From Curvularia clavata (taxonomy: Eukaryota): 64,000 nt of DNA. Of the stretch, positions 13,288-25,941 are shown in pieces. The number at the start of each line of letters is the position of its first letter. Within the stretch, counting starts at the first letter, position 1. The notes beneath the pieces are model-generated. The model was not told the DNA's origin. It saw nothing but the letters and a program-made list of their open reading frames with translations, and made no database searches. Both the position numbers and the translations under genes were made by a program. Location of the stretch: contig CP089277.1 in the NCBI GenBank assembly GCA_023920165.1, positions 2,232,001 through 2,296,000 on the forward strand. Direction: 5' to 3'.

Positions 13288-14213
13288 CTACAATTTTCCT
13301 TTAAGCAAATTGCTGATCATCTCGCGGCCAGTGATGACCGTTGTGCGCCATAGAGTAGGGAAATCCAGGGTGCTCGTCAAAGCTGTTCACACACTACGTC
13401 AGCCATACGCGTCCAAAGTTGATCCATCTTCTCTCTATCCTGACATGACAAAACTGGACCAGAAGACTTACTATCAGCATATCCGAATCCCAGCATGGGT
13501 GGAATCCAGCCCCGCGCATACTCGAGCGCAAAGCATTCGCCCTCCATCTTGTATTGCTTGACATCGCCACGGCGGAGATGGTGCACGCTGCCTTGGGGAT
13601 ACCTGAACAACAGTCTTCGTTAGCATCTGGTAATTGCAGTCCGTAAATGTTCATCGACTTCCACGTCTTCTCCTTCTCGAATGTCGCTAGTTGCTACACT
13701 CGACTCCAGAACGAGATATACCGACAACCTTCCCCCCCCCCCCCCAAAAAAAACAGCCGCGCAGGAAAGAAGATAGAAGAAAACTCACCTCTCAGCCTCA
13801 TACATCCCCTTCCCAGGCTTATACGCGATCTGCTCTCCCTTGAGAATGTGAAAATAATCATCTGCCGTATGCCGACCCGTATGTCCCTCGGTGCCAATCG
13901 CCGTTCCAAAAACGATCAAATACTCCGTCACCGACGCATGGATAATATACATGGCGCCCATGGCACCTCCCGCATTGTTAAACACCCACTCCTCATCGAG
14001 ATTGACGTGGTCGGGGTGCGTGGTCGCTAGTTCGGATACAATGTGGTGCACGACGGCTGCGGTGTCGTTGCCGTGTTTGGCGATGGCGGCGAGGCTGAGG
14101 CTGTGCAGTTCGGACGGGGAGAAGATGTAGAACTTGGGCAGGGACGAGTCGAGTGTGTACATGAGGGTTGTGAGGGCACCCAGCAGGAGGCCGAGACTCA
14201 GGAGGAGACGCAT
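13288..14213 (-). CDS. ERG2: C-8 sterol isomerase
   Basis: EEWVFNNAGGAMGAMYIIHASVTEYLIVFGTAIGTEGHTGRHTADDYF. Introns about 13788-13603 and 13471-13383 join ALEYARGWIPPML and STLDFPTLWRTTVITGREMISNLLKGKL*. Confidence 0.95.
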
Positions 14214-14978
14214 TGTTGCTGTGTTCGTCTGCCGTACGTGTAGAAAGTAGAAGGGTAAGAAATTAACGACGAGTTTAAAAAAATATATTTATTATCTTCG
14301 AAAGGAATTCATCAAATGTGCTCTTTCCCTTTTCTGACAATCCCACGATGCCCAAGTCGCGCGCGCGTACTCCACCGTCTCTTTTGTACTGTCCATACAA
14401 ATTTGCGCACGAGCCCACACACACCCCTTTGCACACACACACCCGCCCGCCATACAACCGGAAGCGGTCAAGTCCGGAAGTCCGGGATTGCGACTTTCCA
14501 CTCCCCCACTCCACAAAGACAGCAAATGGCGTGGTTCTCAGCGTGCTGACATCCGTCTTCCGAGACGGTTGCCAAGAGAATAGAGCAGTTCGTTCGTACA
14601 CACGCGATTCTAATTGGTCGGGGGTTGCAAAGTTAGAGTTGAGTAGGACATATGTTGGTAGAAGTTGCAATGAAGAAAAAGGGGGGTATATTTGTATTAC
14701 GGAACCTTTTGCGAAAAAAACATGCTGGAACAAAACAGAAAACATTGCAGTACCATAACAAACAAATCCTTCATCGTGGAAACAGATTGCGTGTCTGTTA
14801 TGTACCCCCATTACCTCTCGCATTTTCCCCGATATCATTAACATCGCCCAGCCCATGAGTGAACAATATGCCCGAAATACTCCAGTCCCATCAGATGCAC
14901 CTTGAAATTTTTTCCTTCCTCTCTTCCGCTTCTTCTCCTTCAAGATCCGCGACTCCTTAGCGATACGTTTCCGGGAGA

Positions 14979-16412
14979 TTACCAACCGCCGATAAAAGAC
15001 AGGAAATTGTCGACCATGGTGATCCAGTCCTGCCCATTCAGTGTGCCCGCCCTCCTCTTCTCCCAGAGCCCCTCCACCATGTTGCCCAAATATATCCTTG
15101 CCTTTTCCCCCGCCTCGCTGGTGCCGTCATTCCGCAGAAGCTGTACTCGGCCACCGACATATTTCTCGCTGAGATCGATCTTGAAGCTGGCGTCGCCATC
15201 TGGCGGGCAATATAGTTCCTCGCGTGACCCCACCGCAGGTCCAATCACTCCCGGTGCAAGCTGTACCAAGTGGCCGTGAATCAGCACACTCTGCGCATTA
15301 TTCCTCTTCGGCTTGAACAGTGATCCGCGCACCGAAAAGTTGATCAACCGCAGAAGCCTTGCGCCGTCTCCGAGCCGAATGATCCAGTCTCGAAACGCCT
15401 CGTACATCATTTTGAACTCCACCTTGATCACCCATAGATTATAACTGTAGAATATAGCGAGCGCTTCCGACCGCACCAGACGGGATACGGAGGCGAGGGG
15501 GTGTTGCATTTCGCCGTTAAACGTTGAGATGCAGTATACGAGCGGTTTGTCGAGGACGAGGTTCTCGCAGCAGCGGTAGATTTGGTGACGGATCTCAGGT
15601 GGCAGGGTGATGAAGGTAAGCGGGTCGTGCGTGGCAGTGGTGGGGAGCGTGCATTCAACTTCAGTGGGTGTTGTTTCCATATATTCGACGTTTTCGGTAT
15701 CTTGTATAGTTTGTATATTCTCAATATGAAGTGTTTCCGACTTGGCTTGGTGCAAGGCAATGTGTGCAGCCCACTCCGCCTGCAGCTCGCTGGCGCCGTC
15801 AAGCTGCGTGGGGTTGACGCTGTTGTTTCTCGAATGTGCTGGTGAAAGCGCATAGTCGTCCATGTGCTCATCATCGGGCCTCTCTTCAGCATACAGCCGC
15901 AGTCCTTCTAGGCGCGCAGCCTCAGGCAGACCCAACAGTGCTGTGCACCCATGTGAATGGTCAGGCGTTGAGGGAACCGACGTTGCCCGGCTGTCAAGGC
16001 CATGAACGTCATCTGCCTCGCTCCCCTCGCCCAGTCTGTCCATGCCGTCCGAACCCGAGTCTGTGTCTGAGTCCATGTCCACGTCCGCATGTTCGTCGCG
16101 ACACAGCCGATATCTCGGAATCTTCGGTGGTACGTGTTGTGAGGGTGAGCTGGGCGATGGTAGCTGCGTAGCGGATCGTTTGCTTGATGTGCGTACTATG
16201 GTTCCATTAGGTCCCATCTTCCTCCCCCTCTGTTGCTCTGTTCCACTGTCATCTCCACTGGTGCCCAATTCTGTCCCGGCGTCACAGCACCCGCAAGGCG
16301 GCGTCTGCACGCTCGTGTCGAGAGGCTGAAGTTTGGGGGAGCGCGCCTTCATGGCTTCCGCGTCGTCAGGCGGCGTCTGGCCTGTGACCGAGTACCGACG
16401 TTGGGTCACCAT
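14979..16412 (-). CDS. hypothetical protein: disordered N-terminus, then an F-box-like motif (FITLPPEIRHQIY) and a folded C-terminal domain
   Basis: Long intronless ORF, first ATG at 16412. The LPxEIRxxIY...LASVSRLVRSEALAIFYS pattern is common in fungal F-box-like proteins. Confidence 0.7.
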   Translation of the reverse strand: MVTQRRYSVTGQTPPDDAEAMKARSPKLQPLDTSVQTPPCGCCDAGTELGTSGDDSGTEQQRGRKMGPNGTIVRTSSKRSATQLPSPSSPSQHVPPKIPRYRLCRDEHADVDMDSDTDSGSDGMDRLGEGSEADDVHGLDSRATSVPSTPDHSHGCTALLGLPEAARLEGLRLYAEERPDDEHMDDYALSPAHSRNNSVNPTQLDGASELQAEWAAHIALHQAKSETLHIENIQTIQDTENVEYMETTPTEVECTLPTTATHDPLTFITLPPEIRHQIYRCCENLVLDKPLVYCISTFNGEMQHPLASVSRLVRSEALAIFYSYNLWVIKVEFKMMYEAFRDWIIRLGDGARLLRLINFSVRGSLFKPKRNNAQSVLIHGHLVQLAPGVIGPAVGSREELYCPPDGDASFKIDLSEKYVGGRVQLLRNDGTSEAGEKARIYLGNMVEGLWEKRRAGTLNGQDWITMVDNFLSFIGGW

Positions 16413-17501
16413 GATGCGAGAAACAAACAGCGACGGTAGGGGGGTGCGAAGGCAACAGATAACAGGGCGCGGCTGACGGTACGTGGAGAGCAACGGCAGG
16501 GACCAGCAGAGTCTTCAGTTGGGTGAGCTGGCAGGCTGACGATTGGCTTTGGCAGGCCTTCGACGCGTTGCTGGGCTCGACTTGCGGGGTGCGTTAGATA
16601 GCGTTGCGGATGCGGACCGAGTGGGGAGACACCACTTTTTTTTATCGATTAGGCAGATTCGAGTGAGGTGGATTAGAGAAGGATTCACAAGGCGAGGCGA
16701 GACGATGCAAGGCGATGGGTAGCGCAGGCTAGTGCAACAAGGCAGCAGCAGCAGGGCAACGGGCGTGGAAACGAGCGTGGCAGCGAGCAAAGGAGACGGC
16801 GGATATGGGCGAGAAGAGACAATCAGGGAGGGAGATGAAGACGTGCAGGTTTGGCAATTGGGTCGTTTCATGACACCGCAATTTGTCGTGAAGCCTGCCC
16901 TGCACTGCCACTACGAGGCTCCACCACTCATCTCTTGCCCTGTAATCCTCTTACCCATCTTTGCTTCTCCAGGACAAGTCGCGGCCCGGCAAGCACGTGC
17001 TACGTTATTGCGATCCGCATCACAGGCGATGACATAGCAGCACATCTCATTCCAACCCCCACTTCCGCCATCCCTCTCTCCCCACACCGCTGCGACGACA
17101 TCACATGATGGCTGTTGAAACAGATCGTGCGTGAACCACCGAAGACGCATAACCCGGCAAGAATGCAAGTATGGATGATGCCAGTACACTTCTCGCCTCA
17201 AGCTGTGGAACAATATGATTCTCACAGTCTCTCTCCACTGACATCACGATCGAGGTCAAACGGACAGGCTTTGTGCAACTTTGATTGTATCCTCATAATG
17301 CACAGTAAAGAATGTATCTTAAGGTTCAAGCAAAAAAAAAGGAGCATAAAAGAAAAAAAAAAATAGGGACACGTAAGACCTCAAGGCCGGTCCTGTTGAA
17401 GGACACAGCAAAAGCCAGCTTCTCTCGGCTCATGGCTTGTACGACATCACCTGTTGAATCGGTGCTTGCCTTGATCTCTAACCACCTAGCCTACCACTAC
17501 T

Positions 17502-18392
17502 CTACGAACCGCTCTTCTTCTCAGTCGTCATCACTGGCTCTCTCACCATGATATCTAGCGGGATGTTCCTCCCACCCCTCTGCAAGTTGATCCTCCTCGT
17601 CTCCTGGAAGCCAAACTTCCTGTAGATCGGAGGGTTAGCCTCGTTACTCGACTCCAAGTAGCACGGTCTGCCCTCGCGATCAGCCAGCTTAGTCACATGC
17701 TCAATGAGCTTACGAGCATGACCCTTTCCGCGGCCACTAGGCCTTGTGCCAATGTATACCAAGTACCAGGCTTCGGACTCTCGGTCGCCGAGCGTAGTAT
17801 GCATGGTGTCGTGGAGGAGAGGCATGAACTCTTCGAAGAAGCGACGCTTGCCTTCGGGTGAGAGGCGGAAGTTCAAACGCCACATTCCGGAGCGGAAAAT
17901 GGTTAGGTAGTCGTCCATGTGATGACCTGGTGGCATCCTATATTTCGTGGTGTAAGCTTGGTGCCCATGGTAACTAACTAGTACTGGTACTTACCACAGC
18001 GCCACTGCCTCAAAGTCTCCGACTGTAGTCACCAGTCCCTTGAGAATGTGAGCATACGTGACATATTCGAGAATCTCGACATGCAGCGCCCACTTTTGCT
18101 CCTCAGTCCAGTGTGCACGGTCAGGAACGTCGACAAAGTACCTGACGACATCGTCTTGACTAAAAGCCTCGGCCAGGCAAGCAGCCGCCTGCTTGTACTC
18201 TGCAGTCGTTACCACACGCACATCGTTAGTGGGCAAAGGCAAGACAGGAGCCGCAGGCTTCTGCTTTACAATCTTGATGCTAGTAGGGACTTCATTGACC
18301 CTGACATTAGTGGGCTTCAAGTTGGAGGAGGGTTTTGCCTCTCCATTGAAATTGCAACTGACGGACGCAATAGGGGCGAGGGTTTTCGCCAT
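17502..18392 (-). CDS. GNAT-family N-acetyltransferase
   Basis: Two exons (intron 17994-17938) give AVALWMPPG. Acetyl-CoA motif WYLVYIGTRPSGRGKGHA, followed by CYLESS and YRKFGF. Confidence 0.88.
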
Positions 18393-20104
18393 GATTGCGG
18401 TTTGCCTCGTAAGCTTCTACTAGTATTCAAATGGGATCTGCCGCTTCGTTTGGTAATAGGGACAGTCGTGGAATACGCCAGCGTGAAGTGTTCCCCGCAG
18501 GGCTGGTTAGTCACCTGAACTGCAGTAAATCTAAGAAAGAGACCTCAGAAGTTCAAACAACACTACTAGATGGAGAGATTAGTGGGACTGTGGCTACAAC
18601 TAGGTCGCTGTGGGCTGGAGCAGGAGCCGTGACCGTCGATTGCCTGCCATTATAGTATACCTTTTTCTCTTTGTTTTAAGAGACTAGCAACGTTTATGTT
18701 TTGGCTGGACGATTTAAATCTCCTGTATGGACTTTGGAGAGCTGCGATCTCGAGACTGTTTCGACTCGAGATGGGTAGCGTAGGGAAGTAAAAGCTTGAC
18801 GCAGATCAACCGACATCAATGGGTGAGGCTCGAAGAGCTCCCTTTTGAATTCAGTTTTCTTGTTGGTAGGTAGTAGGGGGGACCCGAGCGACGGGATCTT
18901 GCTGCGCCGACAGTATGCGTGCTGCGGTATCGATGTATCAACTGGGCGTTACGTGGACCGGTGGGCGTTGATGTATGGCTGGTTCAAGGGCGTGCAGGTT
19001 GCTTTTTACTCGTTGAGGGCTCTGTCACAAGACCACTCACTGACAGCACAGCTGCACGATGCTTGGCTAACGTTGAGCGGCAGCAGCAGCAGCGGCGGCG
19101 TATGGTAAAAATGGCCGGTTGCAGCCGGAGGCGTATATCGTGGGGGGTTTGCAGCAGCTGCTAAGGTATGTTTTGCGTAAGATGACAAGCAATGACAGAC
19201 TTGCACCAGTGGTAAGTGTAGCACTTGTCGAGGAGAGGTCAAGACGGGGGGAATTGAGCATCTTGATATACGTCGAGGGCTACCCCATCTGGGTAATACC
19301 CCAGCACCCCCGGTGCAGTTTCAGGTCACGCCCTACGCATGCCGAGCGCCCTCTAGTTACGAGGCCATCTGCTTGGCTGCTAGTATGTAATACGCGTCTT
19401 TGTCGTTATCAGTCGTCTTGTGACCATTTGCTGCATGTGGGGCCGATGCGGCTCAACATATGCATTGCTCGAGGCTTTATTTATTGATTCTCATTGCTTT
19501 GCCTCTTGTCTACAGCTCGAAAACGAAGTGATGAGGACAGACGGCGTTGCATTGTCAGTGGCGCCCTGGTGAACTGCCGTGGGGAGAGGAGAAGGTGTAG
19601 CGCTGACTTCGGCTGTACCTCCCTGGAACAGGCAAGCGCAGGGCCGACGACCGGCATGCGTGGGAGATCGAGGAAGCTCGTTTCTAGCAATAATCTCCCG
19701 GCGCATACGATGTACTTGGATTGCACAAGATGGAGCTGCCAATCATTCGCTCATGTGGACATGTACACGGCCTTACCGGCTGCGGCGGGTTAACTTCTAC
19801 CACGGATTGATAGCACGCCATGATAAGAGAGCGACAGACACTGACGCACGCACGCACGCACGATAAAGCAAGACAAGTAACCGGCGTGGGATCTGCTCAA
19901 ACAATAATGACTGGATATAATCGCAAACACATGGTATCTATGGGGGCCGAACCTGCATGCATATGCCGCCTCACTTCGGACTCGGACACGGCTTAGTCCG
20001 AAACCTTGCGGAGTACATACGGTCGGCTTGGACGATCCGTCTCGTAGCGACAGCTATCCTCTTTGCAATGCTGCCCGGATTTCCAGGCATAGCCGTTCCC
20101 TAAC

Positions 20105-21020
<916 letters not shown>

Positions 21021-21483
21021 GATTGCAAACAAAATATACCGAGAGACGAAGAGGAACACTGAGAAAGAGGAAACAGAGGATTGAGGCGTGGCGACTGCTT
21101 CTTGTAGGTCGTGGAGGACGAGGGGCTGTCGGCAACAATGCAAGCGTTCGCCCCCTGTCAGTCAGGGTCCAGACTCACGTGCTCGTCTTCTCCGCGGTCT
21201 TGAGACATAACTGGTTGATCGGGAACGCGGTCGCTGCAGCGCTATGACACTGGCCTCAAGATTGGCAAGTACACATATTCTCTTCTGAACTTGGCTCGTT
21301 ACTCATAAATTCTATACATCCTGCCAGCTGCCTATCGGCATGTCTGTCGGTATCAAAAAACAAATGTATGAAAAAAATAATCAGGAACTTTTCCGTAACC
21401 GGAACAGCTGTAACTCTGCTCAGAAAGGAGACCCTCAGAAACAACAAACTCCAGACATCCGATATTTACAAAGTGCGTCCCGC

Positions 21484-23216
21484 CTATGACACAGTCACGG
21501 TCTTGTTCTTCTTAGCAGCAGGTACCTCAGCCTGCGCATCAGCGGTGGCCTCGAGCTCCCTCTTCTCGGTAAGGCCGTTCAGTTCAGCCTCAGCCTTGGC
21601 GAACTTCTCCTTCTCCTCCTCGGTCATGCCAGGCAGAAGTGGCACTTCCTCCGAGGCATGGAGGTTGTTGTGGTATGTACGGATAATCGAGTCAGTGTCG
21701 TCCAGAGCAATCTTGCGGATGTCTGCAATGGCCTTGATCTTGGCAGTGCACTCCTTGTATTGCGCCTCCGTCATCTTCAGACCGAGCTGCTCCGCACGAC
21801 TCTTGATTGCGTTCCATCCGGTAAGTCTGCTAGCGAAGTGGACGTAACGAGACATTCCGAAATCCTGAGGGTTGATGATCTCGTAGGTCGATGGGTTGTT
21901 CAGAATAGCCTTGGCGTGAATACCCGCCTTGTGAGTGAAAGCGCAGAATCCGGTGATGTAGTTCTACGTTAAAGTCAGTATACTGCTCAGGCCGCTTCTA
22001 TCTTTCAGAGGAACAAAAACTTACGTTGAATGGGATGTTAACCTCAACAAGGTCGGCAACCAAATCCTCAACCTCCTTGAGCGCCTTGATGTTGTACTTG
22101 CTGGTGACGTATTCACGGTCGGCCACAATCATACGAGCCATCAAGCCTCCGAGGGGAGTGATGCCGTTGCGCTCACCAATACCCAGTACGGAGGTATCAA
22201 TGTGCGTAGCTCCGGCCTCCAATGCGCAAAAGGCGTTCGCAATAGCGCAGCCAGAGTCATTGTGGAAATGAGTCTCAATGTCGCAGGAAACGACACCACG
22301 CAGAGTTCGTACCAAGTCGTAGACTTGACGGGGAGACGCGCAGCCAACGGTGTCGGCAATACCAACACGGTCGACACCGACCTTGTCAACAGCGCTGTAG
22401 ATGGAAAGAAGATCCACAAGGTCCGATCGGAATGAGTCTTCCGAGCTGAAGCGAATCTCCTTGCCCTTGCTCTTGACGAACTCGATTACCTCGAGCGCGG
22501 TGTTTTTGATGTATGTCATGTCCTTGCCGTGGCTGTGCTCGCGGAGGTACGCGGAGGTTCCGATAACGACGTCAAGGCCATCGACACCGGTCTCGACGGC
22601 GATTCGGGCATCGTCCATGTGGCATCGTACGTGGGTAAGAATCTTGGCTTTCAACTACAAAATCATTAGCGTGCGTCCTCGCTAGCAGGATGTTTTAAAA
22701 AAAACATACTCCGAGCTTGCACAGAGCCTCACAGTCCTTTCTTGACTGCTCAGAGGCGGCAGGACTGGTGACTTCGATGTCTAGAGACCAATTAGCCTTG
22801 GAAATTTGCAGGCAAAGTGCCGCGGAGTAATTTCATACAGTCAACACCAAAATTGTCAAGAGCCTTGGCAATCTTGATCTTGGCCTCGAGGTCAAAGTAG
22901 GCATTGGCAAACTGCTCGCCCTCTCTCAGTGTGCTCTCTGTGTAGACAAAGTCAGCTGTGTTCTGGTGTCTTGTTCAATGGCACACGAGACGAAATGTAC
23001 TCGTGTGCGCATCAGGTGGCGGTGAGGATGCGGCATTCCAAACGTACCGATAATCTTGAAGCGGCCAACATTCGACAGGAAGTCGCCCACAGGCTGGTAT
23101 GGGCTCCTGTGCGATGGATGAGGGTTCTGCTTGGTCTGAACACCAGTGAAGCCTTCCTTGCTAATAGGCGCACCGTTGGTGCCGTTGGTAGCAGATGTTT
23201 CGGTGGGAGGACACAT
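21484..23216 (-). CDS. LYS21: homocitrate synthase (alpha-aminoadipate lysine pathway)
   Basis: [11 protein letters not shown] after splicing, [46 protein letters not shown] and [13 protein letters not shown]. Four GT-AG introns. Confidence 0.96.
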
Positions 23217-23300
23217 GTTGGGCAATTGAGGTATGTTGTGGAGTGCAGGAGGTTTGGTGCGCAGGGACGACTATTTGAATGCCCGGCAGTGACGACCCAG

Positions 23301-23531
23301 GTGAGTCAAGACAAAAATCTGCTACGCTGAGCGATGATGAAAGCGTCTGGGCCGGGATCGGGCCTGCAGCGGTGCTATAGGCCGGCTTCGCTGGTGATGT
23401 GGGGTTGCAGCGACCAACGGCATGGATCTTCTACATCTATGCACGGGAGGCGGAGTATAGCTACCTGAGTCTCCACAAACCTGGAGAAATTAAACCAAGG
23501 TTTCCTTTTCAGTTTTTGCATGTGAGTCAAG
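23301..23531. promoter_or_regulatory. two Gcn4/CpcA(Cpc-1)-type TGASTCA elements upstream of homocitrate synthase
   Basis: TGAGTCA at 23302-23308 and 23523-23529, both inside the identical 10-mer GTGAGTCAAG. Confidence 0.6.
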
Positions 23532-24464
23532 CAATAGGAGGCTGGCGGTATGCAATCAATCAGTCCCCTCCGACTCACCGCTCTGGGCCCCCACCCTACC
23601 TGCTCAGTACGCAGACTTGAACACAGGTCTGCTCGCTGGCGTGCCACTCACATAATATACAAAGGTACAACCATGTCTAGCCTCTGAATTGTTCCAGTCC
23701 CGCAAGGATACATACTGCCATAAGTGTTCTCACAAGCGAAGCCATGTACCGGAGACCGTTCCCGACAATTATGACGCATACCTACTCTTTTCTTCCAAGC
23801 AGTCCGTCATCCCTTCACTACCACCAGCAACAACCAACTTCAGATCCGAGTGCTACGTTGTAAATGTAAAAAAAAAAAGCACATTTGAAATCAAGGGTCC
23901 GTTGGATCCTACAAGGGTTTTACTCACGTGCTTTCTGCTGCAGATATCGCACCTGAATACCTGAATATGTGCATACAGGCTTCAAATCAAGAGTGACATT
24001 GTCAGATCTGGTCTTGTTCAAATAATCAAAAAGCGCAAGGTCAAATGTTCCGTGTCAGCAAAGATTGAGAGTCGATGTAGCACAGCATGCGTCGTGCCTC
24101 GCGCCCCGCTGCTCTTTTTGTAGAACGTCAAGACACCTGTAGGCCTTCCGGATAGCCGGTGGTTACTCATCCCTGTGTAGACATGGGCCACTGCTTGCAG
24201 CGTGGCACCAAAGCCCCGATTCTTTCATCGTCTGTCCCGACCTCGGCTGCAATATTGGACCCATGGGTGCGCTGTCTTTCTTCTTCTTCAGTCACGCATT
24301 CGGCGGTGAGAGGCAACACACTTATACACGAGGCAAATTTCAACAGGCGTAAAGAAAACAAAACTATATGGTATCACATCCCACCGCTCTAGATTGTCCC
24401 ACTGGTATCTCAAAAGAAGCAAAATGTCCCCAAACGCCCCTACCTAATTGACCGAAGAAAACAG

Positions 24465-25941
24465 TCATATGCTTTGCTCCATCTCGGTGATGTAGAGCTT
24501 GATGTGACTCTCCATCTTGAGATACTCGGCGTGAGCTGAATGGACTTCATTCTCAATGTTGTCCTTGAGCTCTGCCATCTTCTTTTCCGTCTGCTCAATA
24601 CGGACTCTTCGCCGCTCCATCTCCCGCCCTTTCTCACCGCGTTCTTCAGTCAGCTTGGCATGGGTATCGCGAAGCTCTTCCATGCGTTTACGGGCACGCT
24701 CTGCCTCTTCGTCGCCTTTGGTCTTGAGCTTGTCTGTGCGGGCATTGATGTTGCTCAGCTGCTTTTGCAAAAGGCGTTCTTGCCGTTCGACGTCGCGCAC
24801 ATTGTTGCTCCGGTCTGCCAGCGCATCTCGGTGTCTTGATGCCTTTGCTAATTCCTCTTCCTCTCGTGCGAGGTCAGCTTGTACATCGGTAAGCAGTCGT
24901 GTACACGAGGTAACGTCAGTAGCGACAACCCCAAATGAATCAGTCGACGTCTGAAGTGCACGAGCACGGCGGTCCAGCATATCGATCTGTGTTTTGTCGC
25001 CATTGAGTCGGTCGCTCAAGTCGCGCAATGAGTCTTCAAGCGCGGTTGGGCTCTGCTGAGTGTATGGCTTCAGTTTCAGCACCTCGCGCTGGGCATTTTC
25101 CTTGTCTTCGACCTTTTGCTGGAGCAGCTTCTTCAACCTATCCTGCTCGAGTTTGGCACGTTCAAGCTTCTCTGTTACTGCCTCTTGACCCCTCTTCAAC
25201 TCCAACAGCCGCGTCTTTAGCTCTTTGTTGCGGTTTTCTCTCTCTTGCATCAACCTTTGGGTAGCTGCACGGTTACGCTCGAGCTCCGCCACTTTTGCTT
25301 CCTTGACTTGCTTATCGTTGTATAGCTGCTCGATTCGTATTTTGGTGCGCTCGGCTTTGTTCACATGGTGATCGATGACGTCGACTAGAGAGTTGCGGAA
25401 GAGAAAGAAATTGATCACGTAAGAAAAGATTTTTACGAGTCGGCCATGCGTGGGCTTGTACAGGTCGTTGAAGGTGAAGTCGTTTATTCCACACTGCGCA
25501 TGTCAGCAAACTTCCAATCGAGTACTTTCAGACGGTACTCACCTCGCGCAGTAGTTTCCTCAGCAAAACAAAGAACCCCATCAAATCTCTGTTATCACCA
25601 GGGTAGAGCCTCTCTGCATCGCCTTCGCATATGTCTTCGGCAGCGGCGCGCATCACTGGAGCGACATTTTCCCGGTTCCTGTCCATGAGCTGCTCGACCA
25701 AGCGTTCGAAAATCATTTGGATGAGTTGGGGGTTCGGCTTTTGTAGGTCTGCGACGGTGAGCGGGACACCCAGTGACGATATGTTGCTGGCGATGTCAGA
25801 TTCCGTCTACATCTGTTAGCGGTTTTTTCCATTCATGTCTGGGAATATTTGTGGACGTACGAAGGTCGCGAGCTCGATTGGCGGTGGGCGCTGATTGTGC
25901 GAAGTGGTGCGCGCCATACTCATGCGGTTGTTGTGAGACAT
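24465..25941 (-). CDS. NUF2: kinetochore protein Nuf2 (Ndc80 complex)
   Basis: Introns 25860-25807 and 25542-25494. [32 protein letters not shown] and [15 protein letters not shown], then a long coiled coil ending [13 protein letters not shown]. Confidence 0.92.

Noticed and set aside
24446..24467. NUF2 stop context TGA CTG as a read-through signal
   Set aside because: Not the TGA CTA motif, and the extension (xLFSSVN) has no targeting signal.
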